A model generated the notes under the pieces. That model saw nothing but the letters and a program-made list of their open reading frames with translations. It made no database searches and had not been told where the DNA came from. A DNA stretch of 64,000 bases from Mobula hypostoma (Eukaryota), in assembly GCF_963921235.1 (NCBI RefSeq), contig NC_086097.1:226612001-226676000 (forward strand), given 5' to 3'. The position numbers and the translations under genes are program-made. This document shows, piece by piece, positions 38,026-51,225 of this stretch (the first letter of the stretch is position 1; each line of letters starts with the position of its first letter).

Positions 38026-41000
38026 TAATTAATAAATGCCTAAAATATTATTTTCTAATTGAATTTAATTCTTCAGTTCTATATTCCTCTATTTTAGATT
38101 GATTGCCATTAATTCCATACTTCAATGAGAATGCACAGTCTCTGACGAACATTTCTTCTGATGGGCTTGTTTAGCTGGTGCCCAGTCAGGCTGGCAGTGC
38201 GAGGGAAGATGTCGTGAGGCAACTTGTAATAAAACTCTTGGTCTGGAGCTACAGTTCAGCACTTAAGCAGTGGATGAGGCAGAATTATTAAACAATACTT
38301 TTTGTTTAAATAGAATGCATTTTGTATTTGGAGCAGTAATTATGCAGCTAATAACCACCACTCATGTTTTGTTTCTTTAACCTGGTCTCGTCTGACTGGA
38401 TCCACAACCACCTTCTGCTTTCCTTTTTGAAGTCCCCATACAACCGTTAGATACTTGTTTTGAAGTAGGTAGACGTTGGACCTGACCAAAGCAAAATACA
38501 TTTGATGATTTATTGTGTGCAAAAGAATTATTAACATATAATTGTTTGATTAAATGTCAAATTCCTTGCTCAAATAACAAGAGACCTCGTAGTTTCCTGG
38601 CACTGAGGTCGTTGACTATGAGTACCAGAACTGGTAATTCGTTCCTAGGGCTTTCTCCAACTAAAACATTTATGAGATACTTTTGGCTTGGGTTGTGGTA
38701 GTCCTTGAAATGGAGTGGCTACTTATTAGCCGAGATCTAGGCTGTTGATGCTGATGTTTGTAATAAAAGGCACTTGTGATTCGAATTAAAAGCTACACCT
38801 AGCAAATGAACGGGGTAGGGGTGCAAAGAAACTCCACCAGGAAAATTCCACCCAACTCAGTTTGAAAACACAGTTCCTGTAAAAATGTTATTCCATGGAA
38901 TTTATTTTCCATTGTGTCTTACTACACCCCCTCCCCCCACGTGGTGTAATATTGAACTATTAGTCGGGAATGAGACCAATTGTTTTCACTTCAGGTCAGC
39001 TTACTTGGAAGTGTCCAGTGTTTCCAGTGCAGAAATGTGCTGCGAGCTATGAATAAATCTGAGCACAGATGCTAAATTAGGACTGGTACTGTTTAATATA
39101 TTCAGGTGTAATATAGTTTCAGGGAAATCTCGCTCAGCTTTGAGGAGGGTCATGGCACATAAAATTAAAAAAAGAGATGGAGACTCTCTTAGGCTCCTTT
39201 GGTTAATAAACAAATATTTTAAAATCTCTGATGCTAAGATAGAGCAAAATTAGGATAATTATTGCATTTTATTAGTCCTTGGCGTATATTAGTATCAGAC
39301 TGCAGCGTCACTGAATTTGGAAGCAAGTGACGTTCACCCAAGCAGGACAGAAATAAATGCCCTCTTTCATAAAAAAAACAGACAATTTATGTATACCCTG
39401 AAGAGTTAACAGCTAGTGAGCCATTCCTATGGGTCAAGTGCTGCATTTGCATTTTGATGGGATGTTATCAAGTAATTAATGCACCAGTCAGGATTTATTA
39501 CCTCAGGAGTGAATTGAAAGGTTCATTACAAAATCGGTTTCACTGGAAGATAGGCATTTCCTCAGAGTTAGCTTTTGACATGTTGTTCCTCGCACACTCT
39601 GCCTGTGGCAGCAATAGTAGAAGGCCAGTAAGGTGAAATTCATTGCTTAATAAGGGCATTCACATTGGGTATTCTTGTGATAATAAATGTATACATCAAG
39701 GCCTTGCTGCCTTGTCAGTTTAATTGCTTCTTGTGCTCCTTAACAAGCCAATCTTAATCAGTCTGGACCATGTTATGAATAATTTAGAGATCAGCAAACT
39801 TCACATTTAATAAACTGTATCAGATTATTAAACTTAAGTGCACTGTTTGGAGAAAACATGCAGAACACTTTTGGCTCTTCATTAAGTTAAGGTAAAACTC
39901 GTGAGTGAGTTGCTGCAACGTTTGCGTTTCATAAGGAACAGCTGTCTTTCTTACTGCTGTAGCCTATTTTTCGTACGGCGAAGCGCGCAATGGGAAATAT
40001 GAGCAGTGCTCAGAATATAGCTATAAAATGAAACTACAGACAGTTTTTGGAAATATGCGAACTGTACTGTCTTTATGATAATTTGAAACAGTATTCTTCC
40101 AAAGCATACATGACTGTTTTTTTTAGTAAAAGGTAAATCTAGCTTTAGGCAAGTCAGTTATTTCATGTTTCAATACAGATTTTTCAAAGCTTTAATCAAT
40201 AACTAAAGGATCCAATTTTATCAAAACGGAAAGAGTATTATTGCATTGAATGAGAATTGGATTTGTAACTGCTTGTTGTATAACCTGTTTTATATCACAT
40301 TACATTCTATTCATGATAAATAATCCAGCAACTTGCAAAACTTTATGTTTGACAAATACCAGGTACACTTGCCCTGTAGAAATTCGTCAAATATGTTCCC
40401 TATATAGAGTTGATTCTTTAATAAAAATAGATATATAAAGTGAAAAGCTCACTTACGTAAAATAAATTTTGACAAGCCGCATCTTGGCAAAATGCAAACA
40501 TTTAAGGCCATGATTTTTTTTTGTCACTTTGTCTGAGCTGTCAAAACTAATGCTGGTTTTATCAAGCTTTTAAAAACTTTATCATTCTGCAAAATATCAG
40601 TTCCATCTGTTGAATTTTTTTATATATGTAATGCCTCTGCAAATATAAGTGTTTTTGTACCTTTCCTATTTGTTAAAGTGAATATGAATCTTATTTTTTG
40701 GAAGGGCGTGAAGTTAATGATAAGCCTGCAGTTGTTTCATCCGGAATAGCTTAAAGCTAGAGCATGCACGTAGGCTGCAAAATAACCATCCAGTTATCTG
40801 TTTGAAGTAGAATTTTTGGATTGATTGCAAAGGTTTTCGATTTTCGCAGGGGAAAAAAAATCTAGCGGTGTGCAACGTGCTATTTAACCTGCATTCCAAC
40901 CTGCCGCACCAGACTCCGGCTTTAGCTCTTTGTTCTTCCTTGGGTTAATGGAAATTGAGAAGATGGGCAGAGAAGATGCAGTGTAATTTTCTGCTATTTA

Positions 41001-43139
41001 AGCTTGGTGAAATGGCACTCTTCAGGAAGCAGCAGAAGTATGAAACTGTAATAGGCATTTTAAAAGTAGGAGTCCATATAGATGCTTCAGGGATTCTCAG
41101 ATTTAGGCATGCATAGAATTTGGAATGAGATAATCAGCATTGTGAAATTGAAACCTGTCTGCTGCCTACTGCTGGTTCTCTTCTCACTGCAGAATGATTT
41201 GTAACACTCATCTTCTTGAAGCAATGCAGCCTTCAAGATTATCCAGCACTGTCAATAGTAATTGTGAAAGTATTTTATTACCAACAGAAATCAAGGATAT
41301 TTATAACCAGCAGAGATCCAGTTTCAACGCTGAACTATGAAAAAGCAATCTTTTTTTTGGACTATGCAGCTTTACCTAATCTTTTTTAACATGGTGATTG
41401 TATGACTGGTTTTTTTTGTGTGTTATTTTAAACCAAATCTGGAAGAGAGAAGGAGGAAAAGTGCCAAGAAATTTGTGATGTCATCAATGAGATTCTCGGC
41501 CATTATTCATAGGTGATAAGCAATCATGAGAACGTATTTACTAGGGAAATGAGACTTCTAAGTAAAATATGTGTAAGAGTTTATTTTTTTAAAAAAGATT
41601 GTTAAATAATCCCAGTCAACAACTTCAAAACTAGTACTTTGTTTTAATTCTAGGTCTTTGTCTGAAAATTGAGGGAATAATTGGTTAGCAACAAGATATT
41701 TCTGTAGTTGCCCTTTAAGCAGAATGCCACATCTTTCAGCTGGAAAAGGTTTACAGTAATAGTTTTTGGGCATGCCACTAGGTGGAGCGTCACACAAAAG
41801 GAAGGTTTTCAGGGTGTTGGTGGGGGGGGGGCACGAAAACAAAAGACAACCTGATATTGTACAGCTTAACTGTGGAATTAAAACTCTTGCCAACTGATTA
41901 ATGGTTAGCGATTGGAGAGCAGACTGCAACCCCAGACCTTCATCGTGCCACAGCTGCAGAACAATTCCTGATGGCCCATAACGGCTGAGGGTGATGTTTC
42001 ACATTATATTACACTATTTCGCCTGGATTGTGAGCAGATCGAAGCCAGAGGCAATGCGCAGCGATTTGTCAGAAACAATGAGCAAGACCATGATTGCATT
42101 AAATCATCCAGGATAGACAATGAACTGTAATGGTGTATTACAACAGCCTGGATGGAGAATGGAATGTGACACTGTACGTGACCTGCAGGTAGAGAGAGAT
42201 GCACAATGCTCCATTACAACATCCCAACAACCACATGAGTGTTGACATGGGATAATAGTTAACACAGAGCATTCCAAATGCACTGGGGCTTTTCCATTGC
42301 ACTGAGATAGAGAATGAGCATGAGCGAGTGTAGATTTAAAAAAAGTACAACAATGCCTGAGTTGCTTATAAATAATATTAAAGGCTTAATAATGGGAAGT
42401 TTTTCTGGGAATTTTATTCCATAAGTTTTTTCTGAAACTTGCCTAATTTTGGACTTGAACCCAAGGAGTTAGTCATTTTGTGTAAGCCTAGGTTTTGTTT
42501 GGCTGCAGGCTGTCAGTGCTACCCTTCTAAATCCGATGTCACCTGAATTCCAACATCACCACATGCCTCTGTGTGTGTGGGGGCGGGGGGCAACTAGCAG
42601 TGGATGCCTTGCTAATTTCTTTAATGCTTCCATCTCAGGCAGCAATTTTAACACCCGGTCAGCTACCCCAAACTGGCACAGAATGATTCAGAGTTCTTCT
42701 AGTGCTGCATTAAATATTGCATCTATGTAGCAACTTAAAAGATGAGCCAAACGACCTAATTTTGCTCCTATTGAGTCTGCTTCAGACACTATGATAAATT
42801 ATCAGGAGAACTTAATTTCCCTTTTCCTTTTTTAAAAAAAAAACAAAAATCCACAAATAGAGAGCTAAAAATCAGTTAGTTGTTCCCTGAATAAGAAAAT
42901 AAAAATTTGGAGCCCCATAAGCCGTATGGTTGCTTTGGCTTGTTCCGACGTATGAAGCCGGATCTCCACCATCCCACCCAATCCCCCTGTCATCAGATGC
43001 ACTTGAGCGGACCTGACCACGCACTGGTTGGACCAGCCAAACTTTGAATGCCATTCCGGGATTTTCCTGGTGGAAGCAAGTGTCTAATTTCAGGAAGTTG
43101 TTTCCTTTACAATTCTTGAATATGTCTGAAAAGCTAGTT

Positions 43140-43650
43140 AAAGTCAAAAGTAAGTTTACATATATGTCACCATATACTACCTTGAGATTCATATCCTTAC
43201 AAGTATTTCCAGGAAAATAAAGAAATTCAATAGAATTTGTGAAAACCTATGCATAAACAAAGACTGACGACCAATGTGCAAAAGAAGACAAATGTGCACA
43301 TAAAATATAAATAATACTGAGAACATGAGTCGCAGAGTCCTTGAAAGTGAGTCTGTGGAATCAGTTCAGAGTTGAGGTGAGTGAAATTATCCATGTCAGT
43401 TCAGGAGCCTGATGGTTGAAGAGTAATTCTGTTCCTGGACCTGGTGGTGTGGGACCTGAGGCTCCTGTACCTCCTGCCCGATGGTAGTGGCGAGAAGAGA
43501 GTAGTGAGAAGGCCTGGATGGCGGAGAGTCTTTGATGATGGATGCTGCTTTCTTGTGGCAGCACCCTTTGTAAATATGCTCAGTGGTGGGGAGTGCTTTG
43601 CCTATGAAAGACTAGGCTGTATCTGCCACTTTCTGTAGCCTTTTCTGCAC
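43140..43650 (-). mobile_element. Rex1/Babar-type LINE 3' fragment
   Basis: Reverse complement ctaccatcgggcaggaggtacaggagcctcagg (LPSGRRYRSL). 3' UTR matches 15405-15700. Confidence 0.85.
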
Positions 43651-46600
43651 CTAGGTGAAATTACCAGCTTGCTAACTTACAAGTGCTTAGGCACAAATGC
43701 CTACCACATCGAGCGAGTTTTGTATTTGGCACCTTACCAAGTCAAAGCCTTTCAAGTCCATTGCACTGCTCAGTTAAAGGAAGGTTGCAGTGTGAAGGCT
43801 GAGCTATTTATTTTCAGTGTGTAATTCTGGATCAAGCATTGAAACATTCATCTCTTAGAAATGGCTCTGTTTGCAGAAAGATTCACATGATAATCTTGCA
43901 CTGGAGTGTGAGCACAGGGAGCTGGCCCGTCTCCGCATCACTCACTACACTAGATCGAAGTAAAGCTTAATAACATTAAACCAATGTCTGTTTGAAAGAT
44001 TTGTTTTACAAAACCTTTAAAACTGCTTTGGATGTCCATGCATTGATTTTGTTCAGTTCTCCTGAGCTTTGATGCAAAAGCAGATTCCATAGATTCTGCA
44101 TTCCAATGACTCCTCCCCTTTCCTGCCGTTTACTTCCATAAATGCAAAAGATTAAGGAATTTTATCTTGATTCTGAAATAATCAGTGACACAGGGTAATA
44201 ATCTTGGCCTTGAGCCAGTGTTATTGTTTTCTTAGATCACACAATCAGTTCAAACAATTCTTACTGACTTTCACTTGCCGTGTTCTCTCATTACGCAAAG
44301 TTTATATTATTAATCAAAACCATATGCTATAAATTGTAAATGAAAATTAAATTCATTGCCTCTGCCATATATAGATATCTCTCTGCTAAAGAAATGTTAA
44401 AGAAAACCTTCTCAATTTGTGACTGAGTATTCTGTTATTTCATATATATCATGTGTCGGGAAATGGATATTCATTTCACAAATTTGGAAAGTTCTTGTTT
44501 CACCTTACAGTACCTTAGTGGAGGCTTAATAAAAATCAAGTTGAAGATGTTAAAAACATCAATAGCCTTCTGAAGTTGGGTTCAAATGTCCTGCAGCCAT
44601 TGACCCATTACATTACCCAGATGTTACAAAGCAGTGTACGTTGACAGCAATATGTAAATAGTGTAATTTTTAATAGATTTAACCTCTGTAAGCCCAGGTT
44701 CTGATTCAAATAATATGCAGGACTTGTGTTCCTCAAGGTGAACAGCTCGCCTTTTACTCAGCTGTGTGATTGAGGATTAATGTCTGAAGCCTTATGTTAT
44801 CCAAGAGAACAAAAAGATATAATTTTCAAGGCTAAAAATTTGAACACAGTCTGATTATTATATTTCATTTCAGCTCCCCCTTTTTATTGGCAATGAAGTA
44901 AACATTATTATATGGCTCACTTACTACTACTGAAAAAGGCATTAGAAAATATTTATTTTTTCAGCAAGCATTATGTAGATAAGGCCTTGAATATAATTCC
45001 ATTGTGTGATCTATGACCCATGCAGGATATGAATCTGGCAGCTGGGAGCTCTCTAATTATTTGTTAAAGATATCTTGTATGGGTGTAGTATACATAATTT
45101 AAAATTTTACCATTTTGCTCATGGACTTTGAAATTAGATTTTTTCCCCCACAATTCTCCTTAAAACTGGCAACCACATTCAAATGCCTTCATGGAGGAAG
45201 GCATTGGGACAATCTCCAAGCCTCTTCTCTTTCTTATAGAGAGGCTTGAAAATTGGCAAGTTAGTAATTTCAGCTATCAGCCACTGACTCGAAAGGCTAG
45301 GCAGCTCAAGATTTTTGAAATCATTCACTTCACAGAAATATTTTTGGCATTGGGTTATGTTTAAGAGTTGGGCTTAAAACTGAGTGAATTCGAGCACATT
45401 TGCAAAAAAGTCAGCAAGTTGGAGGTTTTGAAGACGGTGTATTAATACCAGATGAGTCTTTTAAGGACAGCCATCTGTTTGAAACAGCAACAGCAAGGAA
45501 ATGTTGTGTGATCCCAGCTAATAAACTTAGTTAAGCAATTTTTCACTTGTTCTAGCAAACTCACCAAAATATACTTTCATACTCTCGATTGGTGCTACAT
45601 AATTTAAAATTGGGAAGAGTACGCACAATCCTAATTGTAAAGTAAATGGAACAATTATGTAAAAGATCAACATAGGCTGCTCACAACAGAAGATGCAAAA
45701 CAGGTGCAAACCCTCTGGCAGGGATCTCGGAGTAGGCTATCTGTTCATCCTCCAGGACGCATTGGGAACAAGGGGAGAACGTGAACATCAAAAGGGGTAG
45801 AATAATTTTTAAAAAGTTCACTTGAAAGCAATTACAGCTGGAAATATTGTTTAAATACTTTCATATTGTTTATTTTCCAAAAATTTGGAAGTTTTTGTTG
45901 GACTTGCTAAAACAGAGCTACGCAAGGAAAACAAATTCAGCCCGTGATTTCAAATATGTCTGTGGTTCTTGCCAGTAAACAATCATGAGATCTAAATGGA
46001 TTTTTAAAAAGATAAATACAGCCAGTCTGAATTATTTAGTTAACTTATTTTAAAAATCCAGATTGCATATGTTTTAAGTTTGGATTACACACTGTGGCCA
46101 AGGTAATTTTTGTACTTTAGGTTCTTTGCAGACATATCACCTGTACTCCAGTGTCTTCTGGAGAAAGATAACACAGAAATGCAACAAGTCTGTAGATCAG
46201 ACCACTTCCAGCCAACTAAACTATATCTTATCAACTATGGATAAAACATTTGTGTAAGAGGGAATCCCCATTGCCCAAGGAGCCTTTATCTCAAGGAATG
46301 ACCAGAAGTGAGTATTCAGAATATGAAATACTGCAGAACAAATATTTTTACATTTTAGTTAAGGAAATGGAACATTTAGAAGTTGTTCAATTGGCACACA
46401 AAGTATGTTACATTTACAAGTATTGTCAATCGGATGTATTGAGGCATTAAGGTGTAGAAGATAAAGAATACTAATCCAAGTGGGTGAAATGTGTGATGTT
46501 AAAATGGTGTCAGAAGACAGGATTCAAATTCCTTCGCAATGGAACCAGATAGAACCATTTGTGGATACAACATCATAGTTTTGCAAGACACACTAACTTG

Positions 46601-46954
46601 AGCAAGTGTCGAGTATTCCATAGAGGGACAGGATAGGAAGAAAAGAAGGAGGGTGGCAATATTATTCAAAGATTCAATTACTGTACATCAATGGATCTTG
46701 GGAATCATGCTGGAGATGGTCCAAAAACAGAATATGTTTGGTTACAGTTAAGGAATATGAAGGGAATAATTATACATTCAAAAGACAATGATAAATCACA
46801 AAGCTGCAGATGGGAGTGAGAAGAAGGGGAATGCAGATTAATTAGTGAAAATGGAGTAACATTAATTGGTGACTTCAATTACTGAAATTAGACTGAAGTA
46901 AGAACAATGTAACTTATAACGGAATTGAGTAATCTCTGCAATGCGCCTGGGACT

Positions 46955-47170
46955 GCTTCCTAGTATCATTTGAAACACGTGCATTGAAACATACAGCGAA
47001 ATACATTTGTGTTGAATCAAATCAGCAAGAATTGTGGGCAGCCCACAGGTGTCGCCACGCTTCTGGTGCCAATGTGGCATGCCCACAACTCGCTAACCGT
47101 GACCAGATGTCTTTATGAGGTGGGAGGAAATCCATGCAGTCACAAGGAGAATGTATCAACTCCTTATAGA
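46955..47170 (-). mobile_element. V-domain SINE 3' part
   Basis: Reverse complement aaggagttgatacattctccttgtgactgcatggatttcctcccac..gtggcgacacctgtgggctgccc. Confidence 0.75.
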
Positions 47171-47499
47171 GTATCAGAGAGTATATCTCAGCAAGGAATT
47201 TGTATAGTGCTTGAGTGGGTGGTACAGAATGAGATTTAAATGAGGCCGATGAAACAAGTTGTGATGTTCAAAGGAGGAGTGGCACGATTTGACAATGAAG
47301 TCAGACTGCCTCCATACTGGTCTGGGGTGAACCAAATGATGAAACGAGAGGCCAGCAGGGCTAAACACAGCCGCGCGTGAACGCTTTTGCTGAAGGCACA
47401 GAGTGATAATAACTCATCAAGTGGTCTACAGAGTCAGCGAGCAGCGGATAATTTGGGATGGAGAGTAAGAAGGAAGGAAGTTTCTATTGCGACTCCTGA

Positions 47500-48495
47500 G
47501 AGTCAGAATCGGGTTTAATATCACCGGCATGTGTTGTGAAATTTGTTGTTGGCAGCTGTACATTGCAATGCATTGAAATAAAAACTACAAATTACAATAA
47601 GTATATAAACAAGTTTTGCCAAAAGGAGGGATAAAAATACTGAGGAAGTGCTCATGGATTCGTTGTCCATTCAGAAATCTGATGGCAGAGGGGAAGAAAC
47701 ATTTAGTGTGTGTCCTCAGACTCCTGTGCCTTCTCCATGATGATAGCAATAAGAAGATTGCATGTCCTGAATGATGGGGTCTTTAATAATGAATGTCGCC
47801 TTTTTGCTGGATGCTGGGGAGGCTATCACCATAATGGAGCTGACTAAGTTTACAACTTTCTGTTGCTTTTCCCAAACCTAAGCAGTGGCCCCTCCATACC
47901 AGACAGTGATGCAACAGTTAGAATGTTCTCCACAGTACATCTGTAGAAATAGTGACATACCAATTCTCCTCAAAATCCTAATGAAATATAGCCTCTTTCA
48001 TACCTTCTTTGTCATTGCATTAATTGGGCCCAGGATGGATTCTCGGAGATCTTGACACCCAGGAACATGAAGCTACTTACCCTTTTCAGTTCTGATCCCT
48101 CAGTGAGGATTGATGTGTGTTCCCTCAACTTTCCCTTCTTAAAGTCCACTGTCAGTTCCTTGGACTTACTGATATTGAGTGCAGTATTGTTCCTGTAACA
48201 CCATTCCACCAGCCGATCTGTCTCGTCCCTGTTCGCCTCCTTGTCACCATCTAAAATTTTGCCAACAATGGACGTGTCATCGGCAAATTTGTAGATGATG
48301 TTTGAGCTGTGCCTAGCCAGCGTGGGTGTAGAGAGAGTAGAGCAATGGGCTAAGCTCACACCCTTGAGGTGCGCCAGTGTTGATTGTAAGCAAGGAGGAG
48401 ACGTTATTTCTGATCCACACATACTATGGTCACCTGGTGAGGAAGTCAAGGATCCAGTTGCAAAGAGTGGTACAGAAATCCAGATTTTGGAGCTT
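47500..48495 (-). mobile_element. Rex1/Babar-type LINE RT fragment
   Basis: ORF 48012-48449 IYKFADDTSIVG..LNISKSKELTVDFKK..FMFLGVKISENPSW. Confidence 0.9.
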
Positions 48496-48839
48496 CCGAG
48501 GTTTTGGAGAAGGCAGGAGACAACAGCATGTGCCTTAATAGGACCTTAAGGGAACTCACACCAAGAGAGGCACAGCAGGAAGCTGTAGCTTTACTAAAGG
48601 TAACATGATCTGGAGTACCCAAAGAATAGAGAAGGAATCTGAGAGCTAGGTATGGATCACGTGTAGATAAAGACAAAGCCAAATGAGAAGAGAGAAATGC
48701 ATCAAATACTGGAGTGCTTTAGAATTGTGAAAAGTAAATGCATTCTACTTCCATCTCAACTTTACAACTTCGAACATTGATATCAATGTTATTGTTTCTC
48801 TTGGCTTTTTATTTTACATTCCCTAAAGCCAATTCTATT

Positions 48840-48930
48840 TCTCTCTCTCTCTCTCTTGCTCTTGCTCACTCTCCCGCACTCTCCCCTCTCTCGCTCTCCT
48901 CTCTCTCTCTCTCATATATATATATATGTA
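48840..48930. repeat. (CT)n/(AT)n compound microsatellite
   Basis: Direct read. Confidence 0.9.
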
Positions 48931-49174
48931 TTTTTTATGCTCAGTCTGCTATGTTTTAGAATTCATAGCAGTTAATTAATTGCACTAAAACCACCCACAC
49001 ATCCTCCCCAGTTTATAAATGCATGACTCAAGTAAAATCTGTAAATGCAAACGAGCATTTGGAAGACCAGCAAGATGAGCTTGTTGGCTGGTGTGGGGCT
49101 GCAGGTATCATCTGCTACCTGGTAACTTGGCTTGCAGCTGCATTTAACTGTACAAGTTATGAACAATTCACAGG

Positions 49175-50280
49175 AACAGTGGATGTTGTGTACTTGGATT
49201 TTCAGAAGGCCTTTGACAAGGTGCCACACATGAGACTGCTTAACAAGGTAAGAGTCCATAGTATAACAGGAAAGACATTAGCATGGACAATAGATTGGCT
49301 GTTTGGCAAAAGGCAGAGTGGGAATAAAGGGGGCCTTTTCTGGTTGACTGCCAGTGAGTAGTGGTGCTCTGCAGGGACCACTTCTTTTCACGTTATATGT
49401 CACTGATCTGGATGGTGGAATTGATGACTTTGTGGCCAAGTATGCGGACAATACAAAGATAGGTGGAGGGGCAAGTAGTGTTGAGGAAGCATGGAGTTTG
49501 CATTGAGAGTTGTACAGATTAGGTGAATGGGCAAAATAGTGGCAGATGGAATACAGTGTGGGAAGTATATGGTCATGCACTCTGGTAGAAGGAATAAAGG
49601 TGTAGACTATTTCCTAAACCGGGAGCGAATTCAGAAATTGGAGGTGCAAAGGGACTTGAGAGTCCTAGTGCAGGATATCCCAAAGTTTAACTTAATGATT
49701 GAGTCAGTAATAAGGAAAGAAAATGCAATGTTTCTTCTTCAAGACAGCTAGAATACAAAAGGATGTATGCAATGCTGTGACTTTATAAGGCATTGTTCAG
49801 ACCACACTTGGTGTACTGTGAGCAGTTTCGGTCCTCTTATCAAAGAAAGGATGTGTTGGCATTGGAGAGGGTCCAGAGGTTGTTTAAGAGAATGATCCCA
49901 GGAATGAAAGGCTTAAAGTATGAGGAACGTTTGATGGCTCTGAGCCTGTTCTTACTGGAGTTGAGAAGAATGTGGGTTGGGGGGGGGGATTTCATTAAAA
50001 TAGTGAAAGGCCTAGAAAAAGTGAATGTAGAGAGGATGTTTCAAATGGTGGGCGAGTCTGGGGCCAGAGGGCAGAACTGCAAAATAGATGGACATCCCTT
50101 TCGAACAGAGATAAGGAGAAATTTCCTTAGCCAGAGAGTGGTGAATATGCGGGATTCATTTCCACAGGTGGCTGTGTAGACCAGGTTATTGGGTATATTT
50201 AAAGCTGTGATTAAATGGTGAAGCATACTCAATGGGCAGAATGGCCTAATTTTGCTCTTATGATTTATGGTCTTATGGTC
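49175..50280 (+). mobile_element. CR1 RT/3' fragment
   Basis: [37 protein letters not shown]; tail ttatggtcttatggtc. Confidence 0.92.
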
Positions 50281-50436
50281 CTGCTGTAACCTGGGGTCGA
50301 TCCGTAAACGCAGACCTATCTTAAAGCCTCAGTGAATGAAACACGGCAGTGTCTGTCTCCGCTGCTTTTCCTATCTTGGTGAAACTCCTCTCCACTTCCT
50401 TCTCAGAAATCCTATCATCAACAGTGCTTCAGTCTA

Positions 50437-50640
50437 AAACACACACAGTGTGCTGGAGGAGCTCAGCAGGTCAGGCAGCATCGACGTTTCTGGCCGTGAC
50501 CCTTCATCAGTCTTGATAAAGCATCTCGGCCCGAAACATTGACTGTTTATTCCCATCCATAGATGCTGCCTGACCTGCTGAGCTCCTCCTGCACGTTGTG
50601 TGTATTGCTCTAGATTCCCAGCATCTGCAGTACCTCTTAT
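50437..50640. mobile_element. Fold-back Penelope-type repeat with two overlapping inverted hammerhead motifs (50481-50512 minus; 50508-50545 plus)
   Basis: Minus: ctgatga-agggtcacggcca-gaaacgtc. Plus: cagtc-ttgataa-agcatctcggccc-gaaacatt-gactg. Confidence 0.85.
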
Positions 50641-51032
50641 GTCTGGTGCTTCATTCCTCCTGTCTGATACAAAATGTACCCAAGATACAACAATTAAGAA
50701 AGAGGCAAAAATATCTATTTAAAAACATGTAAACCAGAATGTAGTAGATATGTATTCTATGTTATCTAAACCCTAGTGAAAGATATTGTAACATCTTTTG
50801 TTTATTCCCTACCCCTCTCCCCCTCAGTTTCACAATGGAGAGACATAGTAAGTATAGAATCATTTATAAATAATACCTAAAATACAAATTGTATCAGCAA
50901 AATTGGTCTGTCAACATGTGATTATCTCCCTATACAAATGATTACACTCCACTACATTGGCTCCATCCATCTATTGAGTCCTGCACAGTCACAACTAGTT
51001 TGATCTCCATAACAATGGGTTATCACATTAAA

Positions 51033-51225
51033 TCACAAACAAGAGAAAATCTGCAGATGCTGGAAGTCCAAGCAATACACACAAAATTCTGGAGAAACTC
51101 AGCAGGCCAGGCAGCAACTAAGGAAAAAAAGTACAGTCGACGTTTCGGGCTGAGACCCTTTGGCAGGACTGGAGAAGAAACGCTGAGGAATTGGTTTAAA
51201 AGGTGCGGGGAGGATAGAGAGTATT
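51033..51225 (-). mobile_element. Penelope-type terminal repeat; hammerhead-like motif 51134-51171 with intact stems and variant core
   Basis: Reverse complement CAGTC-CTGCCAA-AGGGTCTCAGCCC-GAAACGTC-GACTG. Confidence 0.85.
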
